From Octopus bimaculoides (Eukaryota), in contig NC_068981.1 of assembly GCF_001194135.2 (NCBI RefSeq), positions 14,339,186-14,403,185 of the forward strand: a stretch of DNA of 64,000 nt, written 5' to 3'. Under the pieces are notes generated by a model. The model did not search any database. It saw nothing but the letters and a program-made list of their open reading frames with translations, and had not been told where the DNA came from. Made by a program: the position numbers and the translations under genes. Shown one piece after another: positions 12,941 to 27,827 of this stretch. Position 1 is the stretch's first letter. Each line of letters opens with the position of its first letter.

Positions 12941-13244
12941 NNNNNNNNNNTATATATTTACATATATATATATATATATATATATATACGCTCACATATA
13001 TACATTAATGCATATGCATACTTATATATTTACATATATACTCACGTATATAAATAGGTAGTTTGTGTCTGTCTGTTTATGAATATGTTATTTTTGCTTA
13101 TGCATAAATGTCTATACTTGTGTGTGTCAAAGATGAACTTATATTCGCATTATTATAGCCTTTCCAACCTTTCTTGATGATATCTGACTGCCCTATCCCA
13201 AACCATACACGCTTTGAATAGACCGTGATATAAATTTACACATA

Positions 13245-13493
13245 TTCTTTTCTATTCTAGGAACAAAACCCGAAAGTTTGGGGAGAAGGAAGCCATTCGA
13301 TCAGATCAACCCCAGTACGCCACTGGTTCTTGATTTATCGACTCCAAAAACATGACTGGCAAAGTCGACTCCATCGGTATTTAAACTCAGAACGTATGAA
13401 AGGTAATGTTGACTTCAGCGGATTTCGAACTCAGAACGTAAAGACAGCATTTGACCCGGCGTGCAATCGTTTCTGCCAGCTCGCCGCCGCCTT
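13245..13493 (-). mobile_element. SINE family B, with a partial internal duplication of the AACTCAGAACGTA segment
   Basis: Reverse-complement match ending CTGCCAGCTCGCCGCC; AACTCAGAACGTA occurs twice (near 13384 and 13427). Confidence 0.85.
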
Positions 13494-13886
13494 GAATAAC
13501 AACATTAATAACAACATAAAGCGTAGTCTCTCGCTTGGATTCGCGACCCCTGGATCACACTTCGAAGGCTACGAATTTGTAATCCAAAAGTAAGAGTTTG
13601 CTACAAAAACAACAAATGAATAAAAGGGACAGTGAAAGCCGAACATACAACAGAAAATTTCAATTATTCCACATTTCTGTGGAAGCCATCACACCTGTGA
13701 TAAGCAGATTCCCAAAATATTTAACATAACATTGTCACGTAAACAATATATAGTCTACCTCCAAAAGGGTGTCCTGGGATACAGAGAATCCCTCTGCAGT
13801 TAAATTCATCCATAATGAACACCAAGACAACTGGTAGTTATTCCCATGAAAACTTCTATTAAGTGCAAATATTAGATGCCATATTC

Positions 13887-14060
13887 AAGGCGGCGATCTG
13901 GCAGAAACGTTAGAACGTCGGGTCAAATGCTGTCTGTACGTTATGAGTTAAAATTCCGCCGAGGTCAACTTTAACTTTCATCCTTTTGGGGTCGATAAAT
14001 TAAGTACCAGTTGCGTATTGGGGTCTGTCTAATCGTCTGGCCCCTCCCAAAAAATTCTTT
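13887..14060 (+). mobile_element. SINE family B
   Basis: AAGGCGGCGATCTGGCAGAAACGTTAG...AAATTCCGCCGAGGTCAAC...AAGTACCAGTTGCG. Confidence 0.9.
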
Positions 14061-17000
14061 GAGAGAGAGGAAATAATGTGCCGTCATATACGTCAACAAT
14101 TTTGTCGATGTAAATATCTCGTTACACATCAAAGAGAAAAAGGATAACGGCGGATTGACACTTGGAAACTTCCAGCTTCTATACAACGATTAGAAACTCA
14201 CGAATTAAACGAAGGTGGTGAGTGGTGTGGGCAGAGACAAGTACGATGGCTGTGTCAAGATGGTATTCGCATAGAACCAGCGAGATCCGAGAAGCAGAGG
14301 CTATTATAGCAATAGTAGAAAATGGAATGATACGACACAGCGTTTCTCATGATAAGTGTCTAGAAAGAGTTTGCGAGTTACTTTATGGCCCTTTACTGGA
14401 TCAGTGTGGCAAGTCATCATCGTCAACGTGGTCATCATCAACTTCATCATCATCCTCCAGATTCGAGATGAATTTTCCAGTATTAGTATGTTCCTTTCTT
14501 AGCAGTGTAGCAAAAAGTCATAGTGGGTTAATGTACATTCTGGCCTTAGGGAGATGGGCATAATGTACGGATTCATTCAGACAGATTTTCAAGGATAGAT
14601 TGAGTGTGTTAGAGAGTAGATTACACGTGTATGAAAACCAACACTTATTGGCTACACATGTTTCAACTGGTGAATCCTGACACTTTCTTCTAATATATTT
14701 TGAGCAATGATTCTGTGGATAGCAAGTAAAAGTCCATAGAATCTAAAATTCTTTCTTCTGGCTATCAATGATGTCCATGTAATGGTATTGCAGAAACACC
14801 TACAAAACGCTTTCATCGCATGCATTGCTGGCTGTGCGCAAACACTTTAAAGAAAATATAATTATGCGCCTCTACAACAGCATTACGAATCCAAGGTATT
14901 TGACATATATGAAACCTCCGCACCCACGATCGAAGACTGGAATGCTCAAATCTAACACACACACACACGCGCCCACATTTGTGTGTGAATATGTATGCAT
15001 GTTATATTTACCTATTTATATTTACATACACAAGCGATTGTAATCCAATTCATGTATTCCAGCATATATTTTGTTGATGTTCTTCAAATGTTAATATTTG
15101 GTATTTATGTAACAAGATTTGTTACAAGATAATTTGCAAGCATGCATGTATTGTATAATTAGTAGGAAGGGAAAAAATGGTATTATTTGTTGCAAAATAC
15201 TATTTAATATGAACTGATGACTAAAAGTCTATCGGAGATTTTCGTAAATTAATCTAGAACGTGTGTATTCGTGCTGTTTTAGACTGTAGTTATGCAAGTA
15301 GATCTCATACATTAATGCATTAATAAATAATATGATCAACGACTGTATTATAAATAGGCTTTTAGCATCGCATCTAATCTAATTGGGTTTTCATTTAGTA
15401 CTTCTGAATTCTTGGGGATTTCATGATTTAAATTCATTCTGTTAGTTTCCAAAGAAAAGAAGTGAGTTTGTGCAGTTACTTCATACTTGCACATTACGAC
15501 CTACATTTATTTATTATTATTATTATTATGATTTTTTTAAAATTTTACGAAATTTCTTGGAAAAACATTCCAACATTAGATGTACATTCTTCTTCCTGAT
15601 TCTGTATTACGAGTGACATTACACAATGTAATATTTTCGAAGTAAGCTAAAAATTATATTATAGTTATCTCTTGAAAACAAGAAAAGTGTTAACGTTCTG
15701 CTGTATAAGGTTCATTAATTTCATTGCATTTCATACAATGAAATATTTCCGTTGTGGAATCAGTCCATAGTTGCCTGCGTACTTGATCCACTCACTCGTT
15801 CATGTCGAGTTATGACAATTAAATCATTCTCCAGGTGTTATGGCTGATGTATGAAATAAAACTCTTCTGCATTAAATTAAAACAAGTTGGAGTAAGAAAC
15901 TGTTCAACAATTAGGCTAAAAGCAAATGACAATAATGTATGTTACTCACTTAATCTAATACGTGTGTAACAATACGTTTTAATACAGTAAATAATTTAGA
16001 CATAGCAAGCGACATAGTAGCGTGAGTGAGTTAGTTATATGTGCATTTCCCAGATATTGGTGATTACTGTGACCAAATTTTTTTTTATTGAGGCCACCCT
16101 CTCTCAAAACAGCTTTGTTTAAATTGGATCTGAAAAATATTTATCCGGTGGAGTGAAATCAATATTGTTCAATTTACATAATAATCATACTGCATAACAT
16201 TAATAATTTCTTTATTTGTATGTTTAAAAATCTGCACCATGTATGTGTGTATGTATGTATGTATGTACGTATGCATATATANNNNNNNNNNNNNNNNNNN
16301 NNNNNNNNNNNNNNNNNNNNNNNNNNNNNNNNNNNNNNNNNNNNNNNNNNNNNNNNNNNNNNNNNNNNNNNNNNNNNNNNNNNNNNNNNNNNNNNNNNNN
16401 NNNNNNNNNNNNNNNNNNNNNNNNNNNNNNNNNNNNNNNNNNNNNNNNNNNNNNNNNNNNNNNNNNNNNNNNNNNNNNNNNNNNNNNNNNNNNNNNNNNN
16501 NNNNNNNNNNNNNNNNNNNNNNNNNNNNNNNNNNNNNNNNNNNNNNNNNNNNNNNNNNNNNNNNNNNNNNNNNNNNNNNNNNNNNNNNNNNNNNNNNNNN
16601 NNNNNNNNNNNNNNNNNNNNNNNNNNNNNNNNNNNNNNNNNNNNNNNNNNNNNNNNNNNNNNNNNNNNNNNNNNNNNNNNNNNNNNNNNNNNNNNNNNNN
16701 NNNNNNNNNNNNATATATGCATGGACGTGGTGTATGCATATGTATGCATATGTATGCATGTTTGCCTTAATTAACATCAAAACTTATTGGCAAGTCATTA
16801 AATGAAAGTGAACTTTTCATTAAGATAATATTCTATGTTCAATATTTGATACAACCAATCTAGCGTATCAAAGAGGTGTGTATGTCTTTAGAAATGAAAA
16901 TAATCAAAATTGTTGTTTTTTATTGTTTAGCAATACATCAAGGACGGCAATTTGTGTTTTCGATCTCAAAGCAATTGCCGACAAGAAAGAAACTTCATCG

Positions 17001-19311
17001 TTATTTGTAGTAAGTAATATGGAATACGCCTGCACAGTTCTGCACATAGTGAGATCTATAAAAGATCTCTTTGAAGAGCCAGGTGTAAAGTTATTGTAAA
17101 TAACCAAGAATACTTTACGAAAACCATTCAGTGGTGGAAATACTTCTTCGAAACATTATATAAAATTTTACTACTATGGGAACGATTTAAAACATGAAAT
17201 CTTCTTCGTATTTATGTCGTCTGATATAAGTGAGTTAACAGAAGGAAAAAAAATAATTGCAAATGTAACGCTGAAGCACCTCGTATATTTTCAGACGCTG
17301 TGATAAGATGGCAACACAGGAAACATTTTGTTTCACCTTTTAATGTTTGAGTTGTCTGTGCTTAAATGTTAGTGACAAGTTTATCGGAATGAAATGTTGC
17401 ACAATATTTACTATTTCGAGAGTGATGCCTACAGATTTCGTGCTTGATTCATAACATTCGGACATATGTATAAAAACATAGATCAAACTATTCGAACTGC
17501 TTCATGGTGTCATTTAGTGCACTTCAAAACTCTAAATTCTGAGCAGATTCTATTTAAGGCTATCTAAAGCGAGTGTTATATCTGGGTCAAAAGATTACTG
17601 TAATTCTAAATATATAGATTACGAATTATTCAAAGTACATCGGAAACATCCGAATGACAAGCGAAATTTCTAGTTCTGTTACTTGAAACACTGAGGCTCA
17701 GGTCTGCGGCTGAAAATTGTATTAGTGTAAGTTTTAAGCCCAATAAACGGTAACTGTCAACTGTACATTATTATTTTCACAAAAGTAAGATGAATGTTAC
17801 CTAAAGATAATGTTTCAGAATCGAATGGGTTCTTTCTTATAAATACATATATACGTGCGTGTGTGTGGTGTGTGTGAGAGTGTAAGTGTGTGTATATTGA
17901 GTGGTGTGTGTGTGAGAGAGAGAGAGAGGCGGGTGGGAGAGAACGAGAATGAAAAAATAAGTACTCAAATAAAATTAGGATGAAATTCAGTAGTTATACT
18001 CAATATCGGATATATTTTGCAAATTAATTCAGAATTTTCATCCATAGAATTCACATAAATTTCATCTTGGGAATATTTTGTTTTACTACGGTAGTTTAAT
18101 ACATTTCCATGTAGGAACTATCGAACAAACTCTAAAGATTCATGCGTGTCAATGTTTTAGAAATTTCTGAAAACTCTCGAGGGTCATATGGCATGTAATA
18201 TGATCTACAAGAGAAAAATCTAGGGTCTAATAAATTAAAACAGAACAATAATTGTGCATGTCAATTCCATGAACTATTTCGGATACAGGAAGATTTTAGT
18301 CACTTTTTTGTTGTTTGCTTGTTTGTAAGGGAATAAATTCATTTACAACATTTAAAATATCACTGGTTTTATTGCTTTAGCACTTAAAGAAATATTAAAA
18401 CTAAAAGAATAGGACAAAATATTTTGCAGCATCTCTTTATGATCATTATCGTTCAGTATTCAAATCCAAAGTTACCTTCATAGCCTTTCAACTTTCTGGA
18501 GTGGATAATATACAAACACTACCAAATACTAAACATTGATTTAATTAACCTGCAATCAGCTTTGTGGCGTTAACGATAAATTACAAACTCAGACAAAATA
18601 CTTAGCAACGTGTCATCCGTCTTTATATTCTGAGTACGAACACCACTGAGATCGACATTGCTTTGAATCGTTTTGGGGTGGATGAAATAAGTATCAACCA
18701 AATACCAGGATTGATGTAACTGACTAGCCCTTCCCCCAAAATGTTAGCCCCTGTGCTGATACCAGTAAGAATTATTATACATCAAAATAAACTAGAGCGT
18801 AAAGGTATTGTCTCAGTACAAAATTTTACAGACACCCATACAGATTTATATATTAGTATGAATGTAGACAGCGACATCTTTCTACATAACTATTCTGCCT
18901 GAGCTTTAGTGACATTATATACAACCTAATTTCTACACAAATTCTCCCTCTATTTGGAAAATTATTTGTATGTACAATACACACATATCAGGGACAAAAT
19001 TGGAGATATCACTTTTCTTTTCTTTTTCCATTATTTTCCTATTAAATATTCCATCCATGTCATATTTTCCAGTAATGCATATATGATTACATGAATTTTA
19101 AATTATGTTTCTTGCAGAAGATTAAGGGGGATATATGAATTCAAATTAGTTCCTTATCTCAAAGATGTTTCAACAAATACACTCCATACAAATATGTTAA
19201 TACGTTGTAATAAGTAACTATTTCTTGGTGTCAATGTAAATAAAAGACAAAGCAATTTCAGGAAATTCTATATATAATACTACAAAGGAATCTTATGAAT
19301 CATATAAAGAG

Positions 19312-19360
<49 letters not shown>

Positions 19361-20344
19361 NNNNNNNNNNNNNNNNNNNNNNNNNNNNNNNNNNNNNNNN
19401 NNNNNNNNNNNNNNNNNNNNNNNNNNNNNNNNNNNNNNNNNNNNNNNNNNNNNNNNNNNNNNNNNNNNNNNNNNNNNNNNNNNNNNNNNNNNNNNNNNNN
19501 NNNNNNNNNNNNNNNNNNNNNNNNNNNNNNNNNNNNNNNNNNNNNNNNNNNNNNNNNNNNNNNNNNNNNNNNNNNNNNNNNNNNNNNNNNNNNNNNNNNN
19601 NNNNNNNNNNNNNNNNNNNNNNNNNNNNNNNNNNNNNNNNNNNNNNNNNNNNNNNNNNNNNNNNNNNNNNNNNNNNNNNNNNNNNNNNNNNNNNNNNNNN
19701 NNNNNNNNNNNNNNNNNNNNNNNNNNNNNNNNNNNNNNNNNNNNNNNNNNNNNNNNNNNNNNNNNNNNNNNNNNNNNNNNNNNNNNNNNNNNNNNNNNNN
19801 NNNNNNNNNNNNNNNNNNNNNNNNNNNNNNNNNNNNNNNNNNNNNNNNNNNNNNNNNNNNNNNNNNNNNNNNNNNNNNNNNNNNNNNNNNNNNNNNNNNN
19901 NNNNNNNNNNNNNNNNNNNNNNNNNNNNNNNNNNNNNNNNNNNNNNNNNNNNNNNNNNNNNNNNNNNNNNNNNNNNNNNNNNNNNNNNNNNNNNNNNNNN
20001 NNNNNNNNNNNNNNNNNNNNNNNNNNNNNNNNNNNNNNNNNNNNNNNNNNNNNNNNNNNNNNNNNNNNNNNNNNNNNNNNNNNNNNNNNNNNNNNNNNNN
20101 NNNNNNNNNNNNNNNNNNNNNNNNNNNNNNNNNNNNNNNNNNNNNNNNNNNNNNNNNNNNNNNNNNNNNNNNNNNNNNNNNNNNNNNNNNNNNNNNNNNN
20201 NNNNNNNNNNNNNNNNNNNNNNNNNNNNNNNNNNNNNNNNNNNNNNNNNNNNNNNNNNNNNNNNNNNNNNNNNNNNNNNNNNNNNNNNNNNNNNNNNNNN
20301 NNNNNNNNNNNNNNNNNNNNNNNNNNNNNNNNNNNNNNNNNNNN
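19361..20344. other. Assembly gap (largest in the window), flanked by (TA)n
   Basis: Run of N. Confidence 0.99.
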
Positions 20345-22015
20345 TATATATATATATATATATATATACGTATCTATATATGTATGTGTATATATTGATA
20401 TATTGATATATATGTGTGTGTGTATGTATGTATATGTGAGTGTGGGATTTTACGTAGGTGTGTATATAAATATGCATAAATGAATTTATTGGAGTATATG
20501 TGGGTTTGTTTGTATACATATGCGCATACACATAAGTATAAATGATTATATACATTCATCTCAATATTTTCATAGAAACACAGGATTAACCCCATTTATA
20601 ATGCCTTTTTATTACATAACATTCCTCTCCAAAATTTTTTTATTGGATTTATATCATCCTATCTACTCACAACTCTACACTCTGAATTTTCATTCTATCT
20701 TTTTTTTTCTTTTCCTTTCTTGTCCAACGTACTATCTGGTAGCGTCCCAATCTCCAGCGGTTTTTTAAAATGAATTACGTTATAACCTTATCCAACTATA
20801 GTCTTCATACTCGGTTATAATGTCTTGCGTTTAAGCTGGTTCCCATACGTTTCCCTGAGGAGAAGTTTACATTTTTAACAACGCCGATTCCTATGGATCG
20901 CATAAATTGTAATTCTTCGAAACATATGTCGGAATAAAAGTATGCAGTTATAACATGCGTTTACTCCATTCTTTAAATTTATATATATATATAACTTCAA
21001 CCAATATGGCATATGTTATTAGTTATGGCATGTATATTTTGTACACACACACATACATACACACACACATATATATATATATATATATGCATGTACATGT
21101 GTTCTGTCTATGCCTGTACTAAGCTAACATTCTTATTTTGAAGTTGTTCAAAGAGAGACACAAAGTCATCGATTATTGTATCAAAGTATTTACACGTATA
21201 AAATAAGTGTATTAGTGAGTCAGGTTTATCTGTAAATATTTTATCTAACGACTGATTTTATTCAGGAATACATGTACAGATTACTTAACATTCAAAATAT
21301 ACCAAACAGATCCTCATTCAGCTAAGACTGGAGCAGAGGGATTACTTGACAAGTTTACTTAAAATTGGCAAATCTTATTTTAACGTGACGATTTATGTGA
21401 GATTTAGTATATACGCTTCAAAAGTTTTAGAAACACTGAAAATTCAGACAGATATTTGATAAATGTACCATATAATGATACGAGCCATTTCGTTTTATCC
21501 CTGTATATATGTTGAACGTAGATACCCAACATACACAAGCAAACACATGCAACTAAACACACATACGGACACACACACACAAACGCATACACACACATAC
21601 ACGTACTGATATATTTAGTATTTAGATGGGTGGCTGGTTGGAAAACACGGGCGTAGTAAGTTTACGACTGTATGTATTAATAAGAAATCACTGGTTTTAT
21701 TGAAGTTGCGCCAACACGATTTCGGTAGATACGCGATTCGAGTTGCATTAATGAGCATAAAATTTTGTGACACAGGTATGACTATTTGGTAAACATTTCT
21801 CTTGCAAAAAATGAGCATCTATTTTGAGCAGCAATCTTAAATGGTTTCAATTTGATTATGAAAAGCCACTACAAGATAAATATCTATAGCGGGGAACGTT
21901 TCATGAATGTCTGCATCGGGAACTAAACCGATTCAGATTTCCTCATCTACGAATGCTGAAATTATATAAATTCTCAGGGGCATGGAGCTGACTGATGCAA
22001 CATATATAAGTTGAT

Positions 22016-22085
<70 letters not shown>

Positions 22086-22188
22086 GGACGGGATTTTTTC
22101 AGCTTCCGTCTACCAAATCCACTACTATAGTAGAAAACACTTTCCCCAAATGCCATGCAGTGGCTACTTTACAGATAGCCACTCCTAC

Positions 22189-22191
<3 letters not shown>
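22086..22191 (-). mobile_element. SINE family A, internally deleted 5' half
   Basis: GACGGG...CCGTCTACCAAATCCAC...GCCACTCCT; homologous to the reverse complement of 48056-48215. Confidence 0.7.
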
Positions 22192-22237
<46 letters not shown>

Positions 22238-24230
22238 TAAAAAAAACAGGGCAATAAGCGTCAGAACTGAAAAAAGGAAGTTACACTCTGCATTCAATAA
22301 AACGGTAAATAGCTTAACACAGTATTACTTTTCACGTGCAGTAAAGGAACAAAGGAGAGTCGTAACCAGTGTTTCACCATCTACTTTCCGTTCATAAGAA
22401 TCGACCTGGCTAGTACTGCAATGTATTGCCTAATTTGCATATCTGTACATTTGACAGCTCGTCATTAATCAAATATTAATTACCAACTAAACGGTATAAG
22501 TAAAAAGAAAAGAGATATATTGAAATTATTGATATTTAAATAGGAGAGATAGATAGATACATACATATCATTTTCACAAGGTTTTTAATTCTCATTACGC
22601 AATGTGAATGTAGACGTTTAGTTGACTTTAATATCAAAGTTCGGATTGACTTAGAATTACAGAATTTTAGAAATGCATCTGTAATTAGTATGAAATATTT
22701 CCATATATGTCGGGGATACTACTTTAAACTTAACACTATATTTAGTACCAGGTGACTTCATTATCGAGTAGTTTATCTTAAAAGTGCATTGAAGTTATAA
22801 GCGCAAAGAAACTTACGCATATTTTCAGCTTTCTTCTCTTTTATTCAATTGTAAATGATGTTGTTTACACCTTTCTCATACTCTTGTAATCTCTCAATAT
22901 TTGCAATACTGCGTCAATATTTGTACACAGACTTGAAGTGTTTAATCGATCAAATGGATATCAGAGTTCATTTTATTTATTCATTTATTTATTTGTATGG
23001 TACTTTGACAAACCGGTCTTAGATTTCATCCCTTCACTTATTTTATCGATCTGGTGAGATCCGTTGTGAAGCATTGTAACGTAAAAAAAAGATACATAGA
23101 GAGAAACACAAGCAAATACAATATTTCACACATACATGTAGACTTGTAAGCACACGCAAACATTCATATGACTATAGAAGACGCTTGCTTTTATCGACGT
23201 GATTTGGGTTTAAACCCGAATCCCGTGTTTTCGAAGCAGATCTCTTAAATATCTAACCATATTATCCAAACTATTTCCTTACTTATTTTATGTGAAAGAC
23301 ACGGAAATTCGTAATCACACAGCCGTACTATCACCCCTGCAATCATGACTGCATTCATTTATACTGTTTTATATATTTGAGTAGAGAAATATTCGTTTAG
23401 AATACAAACATTGATACGGCCATAAGTTTCTGAAGGGTTTTGAATTTTCTCAGATTGTCTGTCTTGTTTCTTAGCACATTTCTACAATATCATAGATTTT
23501 TTTTGGCGATTTATTGATCACATAAATATTAATATGAATCAGTGTAATTGATGGGTATATTTTTAATTCGGGTGCATTAGGCGTATCTTTTTATTATAAG
23601 TTTAGTATATTCTTTTCTTTCTTTTAATGAAAGAGGCTAAAATAGTGTTACAATTTTACAAATTTATCGATCGGTTAAACATTTCTTTCAAATACGTAAT
23701 TTCTTAAATCAAATTTATACATACACTATATATATATATATATATATATATATNNNNNNNNNNNNNNNNNNNNNNNNNNNNNNNNNNNNNNNNNNNNNNN
23801 NNNNNNNNNNNNNNNNNNNNNNNNNNNNNNNNNNNNNNNNNNNNNNNNNNNNNNNNNNNNNNNNNNNNNNNNNNNNNNNNNNNNNNNNNNNNNNNNNNNN
23901 NNNNNNNNNNNNNNNNNNNNNNNNNNNNNNNNNNNNNNNNNNNNNNNNNNNNNNNNNNNNNNNNNNNNNNNNNNNNNNNNNNNNNNNNNNNNNNNNNNNN
24001 NNNNNNNNNNNNNNNNNNNNNNNNNNNNNNNNNNNNNNNNNNNNNNNNNNNNNNNNNNNNNNNNNNNNNNNNNNNNNNNNNNNNNNNNNNNNNNNNNNNN
24101 NNNNNNNNNNNNNNNNNNNNNNNNNNNNNNNNNNNNNNNNNNNNNNNNNNNNNNNNNNNNNNNNNNNNNNNNNNNNNNNNNNNNNNNNNNNNNNNNNNNN
24201 NNNNNNNNNNNNNNNNNNNNNNNNNNNNNN

Positions 24231-24264
<34 letters not shown>

Positions 24265-24463
24265 GACGACCATTTCGACTATATATGTTCTATACATTCT
24301 TGTTAGCTTTTATGTATTTGCTGAGTTTGTTTTTGCTGTTCCACCTTGTTAGTATTCTATCAAACAAGATCAGTAAAAATGACTTTATATAAAACAAGTG
24401 ATCAATCCTGAATGTCATTTCATGCAACATATTTCTGCTTTCAAAATGATCATCACACACACA

Positions 24464-24502
<39 letters not shown>

Positions 24503-25156
24503 ACACACACACATACACACTCACACACACATCACGAAAATCATCATATGACTCATTTCTGCGACAATGTTGGACATATTCGCAAAAGTTCTTGATAGGT
24601 TAAAAGATAGGCCAAATGTTGGCCCGGCCATGTCAAACGTAACAACACTACATGATAGTATATATGAAGTCATTTTAAAGTCAAGTTTAATGAGTCGTTA
24701 TTAATCTAAACCAGTGGCAGTACAGAAGAAAACAATTTTTGAAAAAGCATAGCGAATATATGAAGATTTATTTAAATGTTAATGTGTGTGTGTAAGACTA
24801 CAAACACACTTGACCGGTTTCACATTTGATTTTCGAAAGTGTATGTTAAGTGGAGTCGTTTAACAAGCTGTATGTTTTGTGTCAATTTTTCTAATAATCA
24901 TTAGTTTATTTAAAGAGAGAATGTGATTCAAGCCGTGATCATTGAAAGTAAAGATGCGTGATTGAGAGTGACGTGATGCATACATACACACACATATATA
25001 TGTATCTTCTTCCCTTCTGTTGAAGAGAGTAGGCTCGAAACGTAAACGACTTCTCCATTTTTCCCGAGTGTCAAACTTATAAACTTGATTGTTTGTCCTA
25101 CAAGTATATTAGTCGTTTTTCTATAAATTTGAAATATATATATATAAATATATGTG

Positions 25157-25191
<35 letters not shown>

Positions 25192-27211
25192 ACACACACA
25201 CACACACACACACACTTGTTACAGCACCTTATTCGATGCATAACTTTATCAAATCTGTTCCAGTACTGAAATATTTTTAAATGCCACACTTATTCTATGC
25301 CATCTTCTGCCGATCTTCTACGTTACATGTGTGAATCTAACCAACACAGTTCCCAACCGTGGAAGATGAGCACAGATGCTGTTACACTCACAAAGATATA
25401 CGATGATCGTCTACACGGTTTCCTTTGACCTACGTCACTCACCGTGGATCAGTATTCATAGGACTATAGTAGAAGAGACCTTGTTGTGACAGATCTCGAA
25501 ACCCATACTTTATAACACGGGCGTATCTTTGCGTGCATATATATTTTGATACTCACGCGCATTCATTTGATATCGAATTATATACACAAGCATTTGCATA
25601 TACGTCTATATATTTGGTTATGTACCCATGCTTGCGTGTCAGAATATAAGCATCTCCTCCCACGTTCATATACACAAAGTGCCTCAGCAATGTCACTCGT
25701 TTACAACGCCTAATACAAATACCTTTGACAGGCAACTCATCACCGTGTGTACTAAGAGGCAAGATATCTAGTTTTGCACGGCAAAACGACCAAAGTTCAT
25801 CTTGCATTGAGATGTTACTCGATATGATTACCTCTACAAAACTTCACTGCCGATTACAATTACAAGAGAGTGACTAAGATTTATATATCTTGTCTAAGTC
25901 TAACATGAAAGACGGGACGGACGTTAATGTGGCAGCCTTTCTGCGTGTGAAGGGGGACAGGGGGCAAGTGGTGATTCTTGACAGCTAGAATATTTATATA
26001 ATGTAGTTGCTTTCTTAATTTCTTTAATATATGTTTGGCATGTTCAACTAGGAATTATGATAACCTCCATTGTACCGTAATGCATTTATCGTTGAAATTC
26101 AATAAATATCAATTCTCGCTACTGTATTATTAAATAATCTGAATTATAGTAGTTATTACGATGGATATTGACACAAAGTTTGACGCTGGTGTACGATAAT
26201 TGATAATCAGCTAAGATGTTAATTATTCGTGTTTTGTCACCTTTAGTGAATGATTCATGATGTCCATGCATCAGAAATGAAACCTTCAGTCGATGAAACC
26301 TTCAGTATATAAGCAGCGTAATAATAATACACTGACAGACTGTATTCCTCTGTTCGTCTCTTATAGTGTATGTATAAAAGACAAAGGAAGATGTTGAACC
26401 GACACTTTGTCGTTAGTTACCCATCAATGGTTTATATTACCAGTGAAATAGCTAACAGGATCATCACAAAAATGTTACAAAGATAACAAATTTATTTAAT
26501 AATTACTGATGGAAAAGAAAATATTACAGGCCCTTGCTACCTTTCCTAGAAGAAATCGTGATGCTGTAATTTATTACCGTATTTGATGACACAGGAGATG
26601 CCCATGTATACTAGACACATTCAATTTCACCAGTGTAACGCCCAACCTCAGTTTCAGGCACGGGGTTAAATTTATGAGACGTTTCTTAATTGCTTTTGGA
26701 AAGGATGCGTCTTAGATATTATCAAATACAGTACATAATTATATGGTCAGTGGGTGGAGTGTTAAAAGTGTTGGTAGAATGTTTCGTAGGGTAAGATTTA
26801 TGTTCATGTTATATCAAGACCATTCAGACCATCTCAAACTAACAAAGAAAGTGATATATTCAGAAATAATTAAAAATCATATTCTGTGTCTATTCAGTTA
26901 AATATATAGATTATGTGCATTAGATAACAAGGTTATATCAAATAGCAAACATGACAGAAGCGTGAATAAATATTTCAATAATCGGGAGTCGATAAAAAGT
27001 ACAGGTGTCAAGGTAACCAGTATGCCAATACTTTTTAATTTGCTAACCTTGAGCCAAAATTTCAAATTATTATCATTATCATTATTATTATTATTTCATT
27101 CTTCGGTGTAGATAAAATATGTACCCCTTAAGCACTGGAATCGATTTAATCGAGTTCGGCTTTTCTCAAAATTGCTGAACTTGTGCCAAATTTAGAAAGC
27201 ATCATCATCAT

Positions 27212-27244
<33 letters not shown>

Positions 27245-27827
27245 AATCATCATCATCAACATCATCATCAGTAGTAGTAGTCGTTGGGAAAAACACGTTA
27301 GCTAGTCGGACGAGATGCTTAGGAGACTTCCTTTTGTTCTGTTTGTCGCGAATTCAAACACCATAGCGGTAAAATTTGCTTTTCATTCTTTCAAATATGA
27401 TAAAGTATGTACCAGTTGACATCTACATCTTTGTAATCGACTTAGCGACTCCTTTAAATTTGGTGGACCTGAGCCCAAAAATTTAAAACAATTGTTATTA
27501 ATATTATTATTATTATTATTAATATTATAAGTAATAGTAGCAGTAATAGTAGTAGCAGTATCGGCATTTTTGTTGTTTTTTTATTCTGGGTGTACATGTG
27601 AGAGTAAAGAATCAAATTTGAATTTCATCACAAATAATCCCAGAAAATACATGAATCTCATACTTCTAAACTTGAAGAACTATTGATCATGTCTGTGAAT
27701 GCACTGAACAATGCAGAACTATTACAAATAAGTATACGTAATACAAATTCAATTCCTAGGTACAACTATTTCATCGTATTTATGAATCTTCAGTATGACT
27801 AAACCTGTAAATTTATTAATTTAGATA

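Noticed and set aside
17280-17500. FGHMYKNIDQ resembling a GH..DIDQ transposase motif
   Set aside because: A single short degenerate match without supporting motifs.
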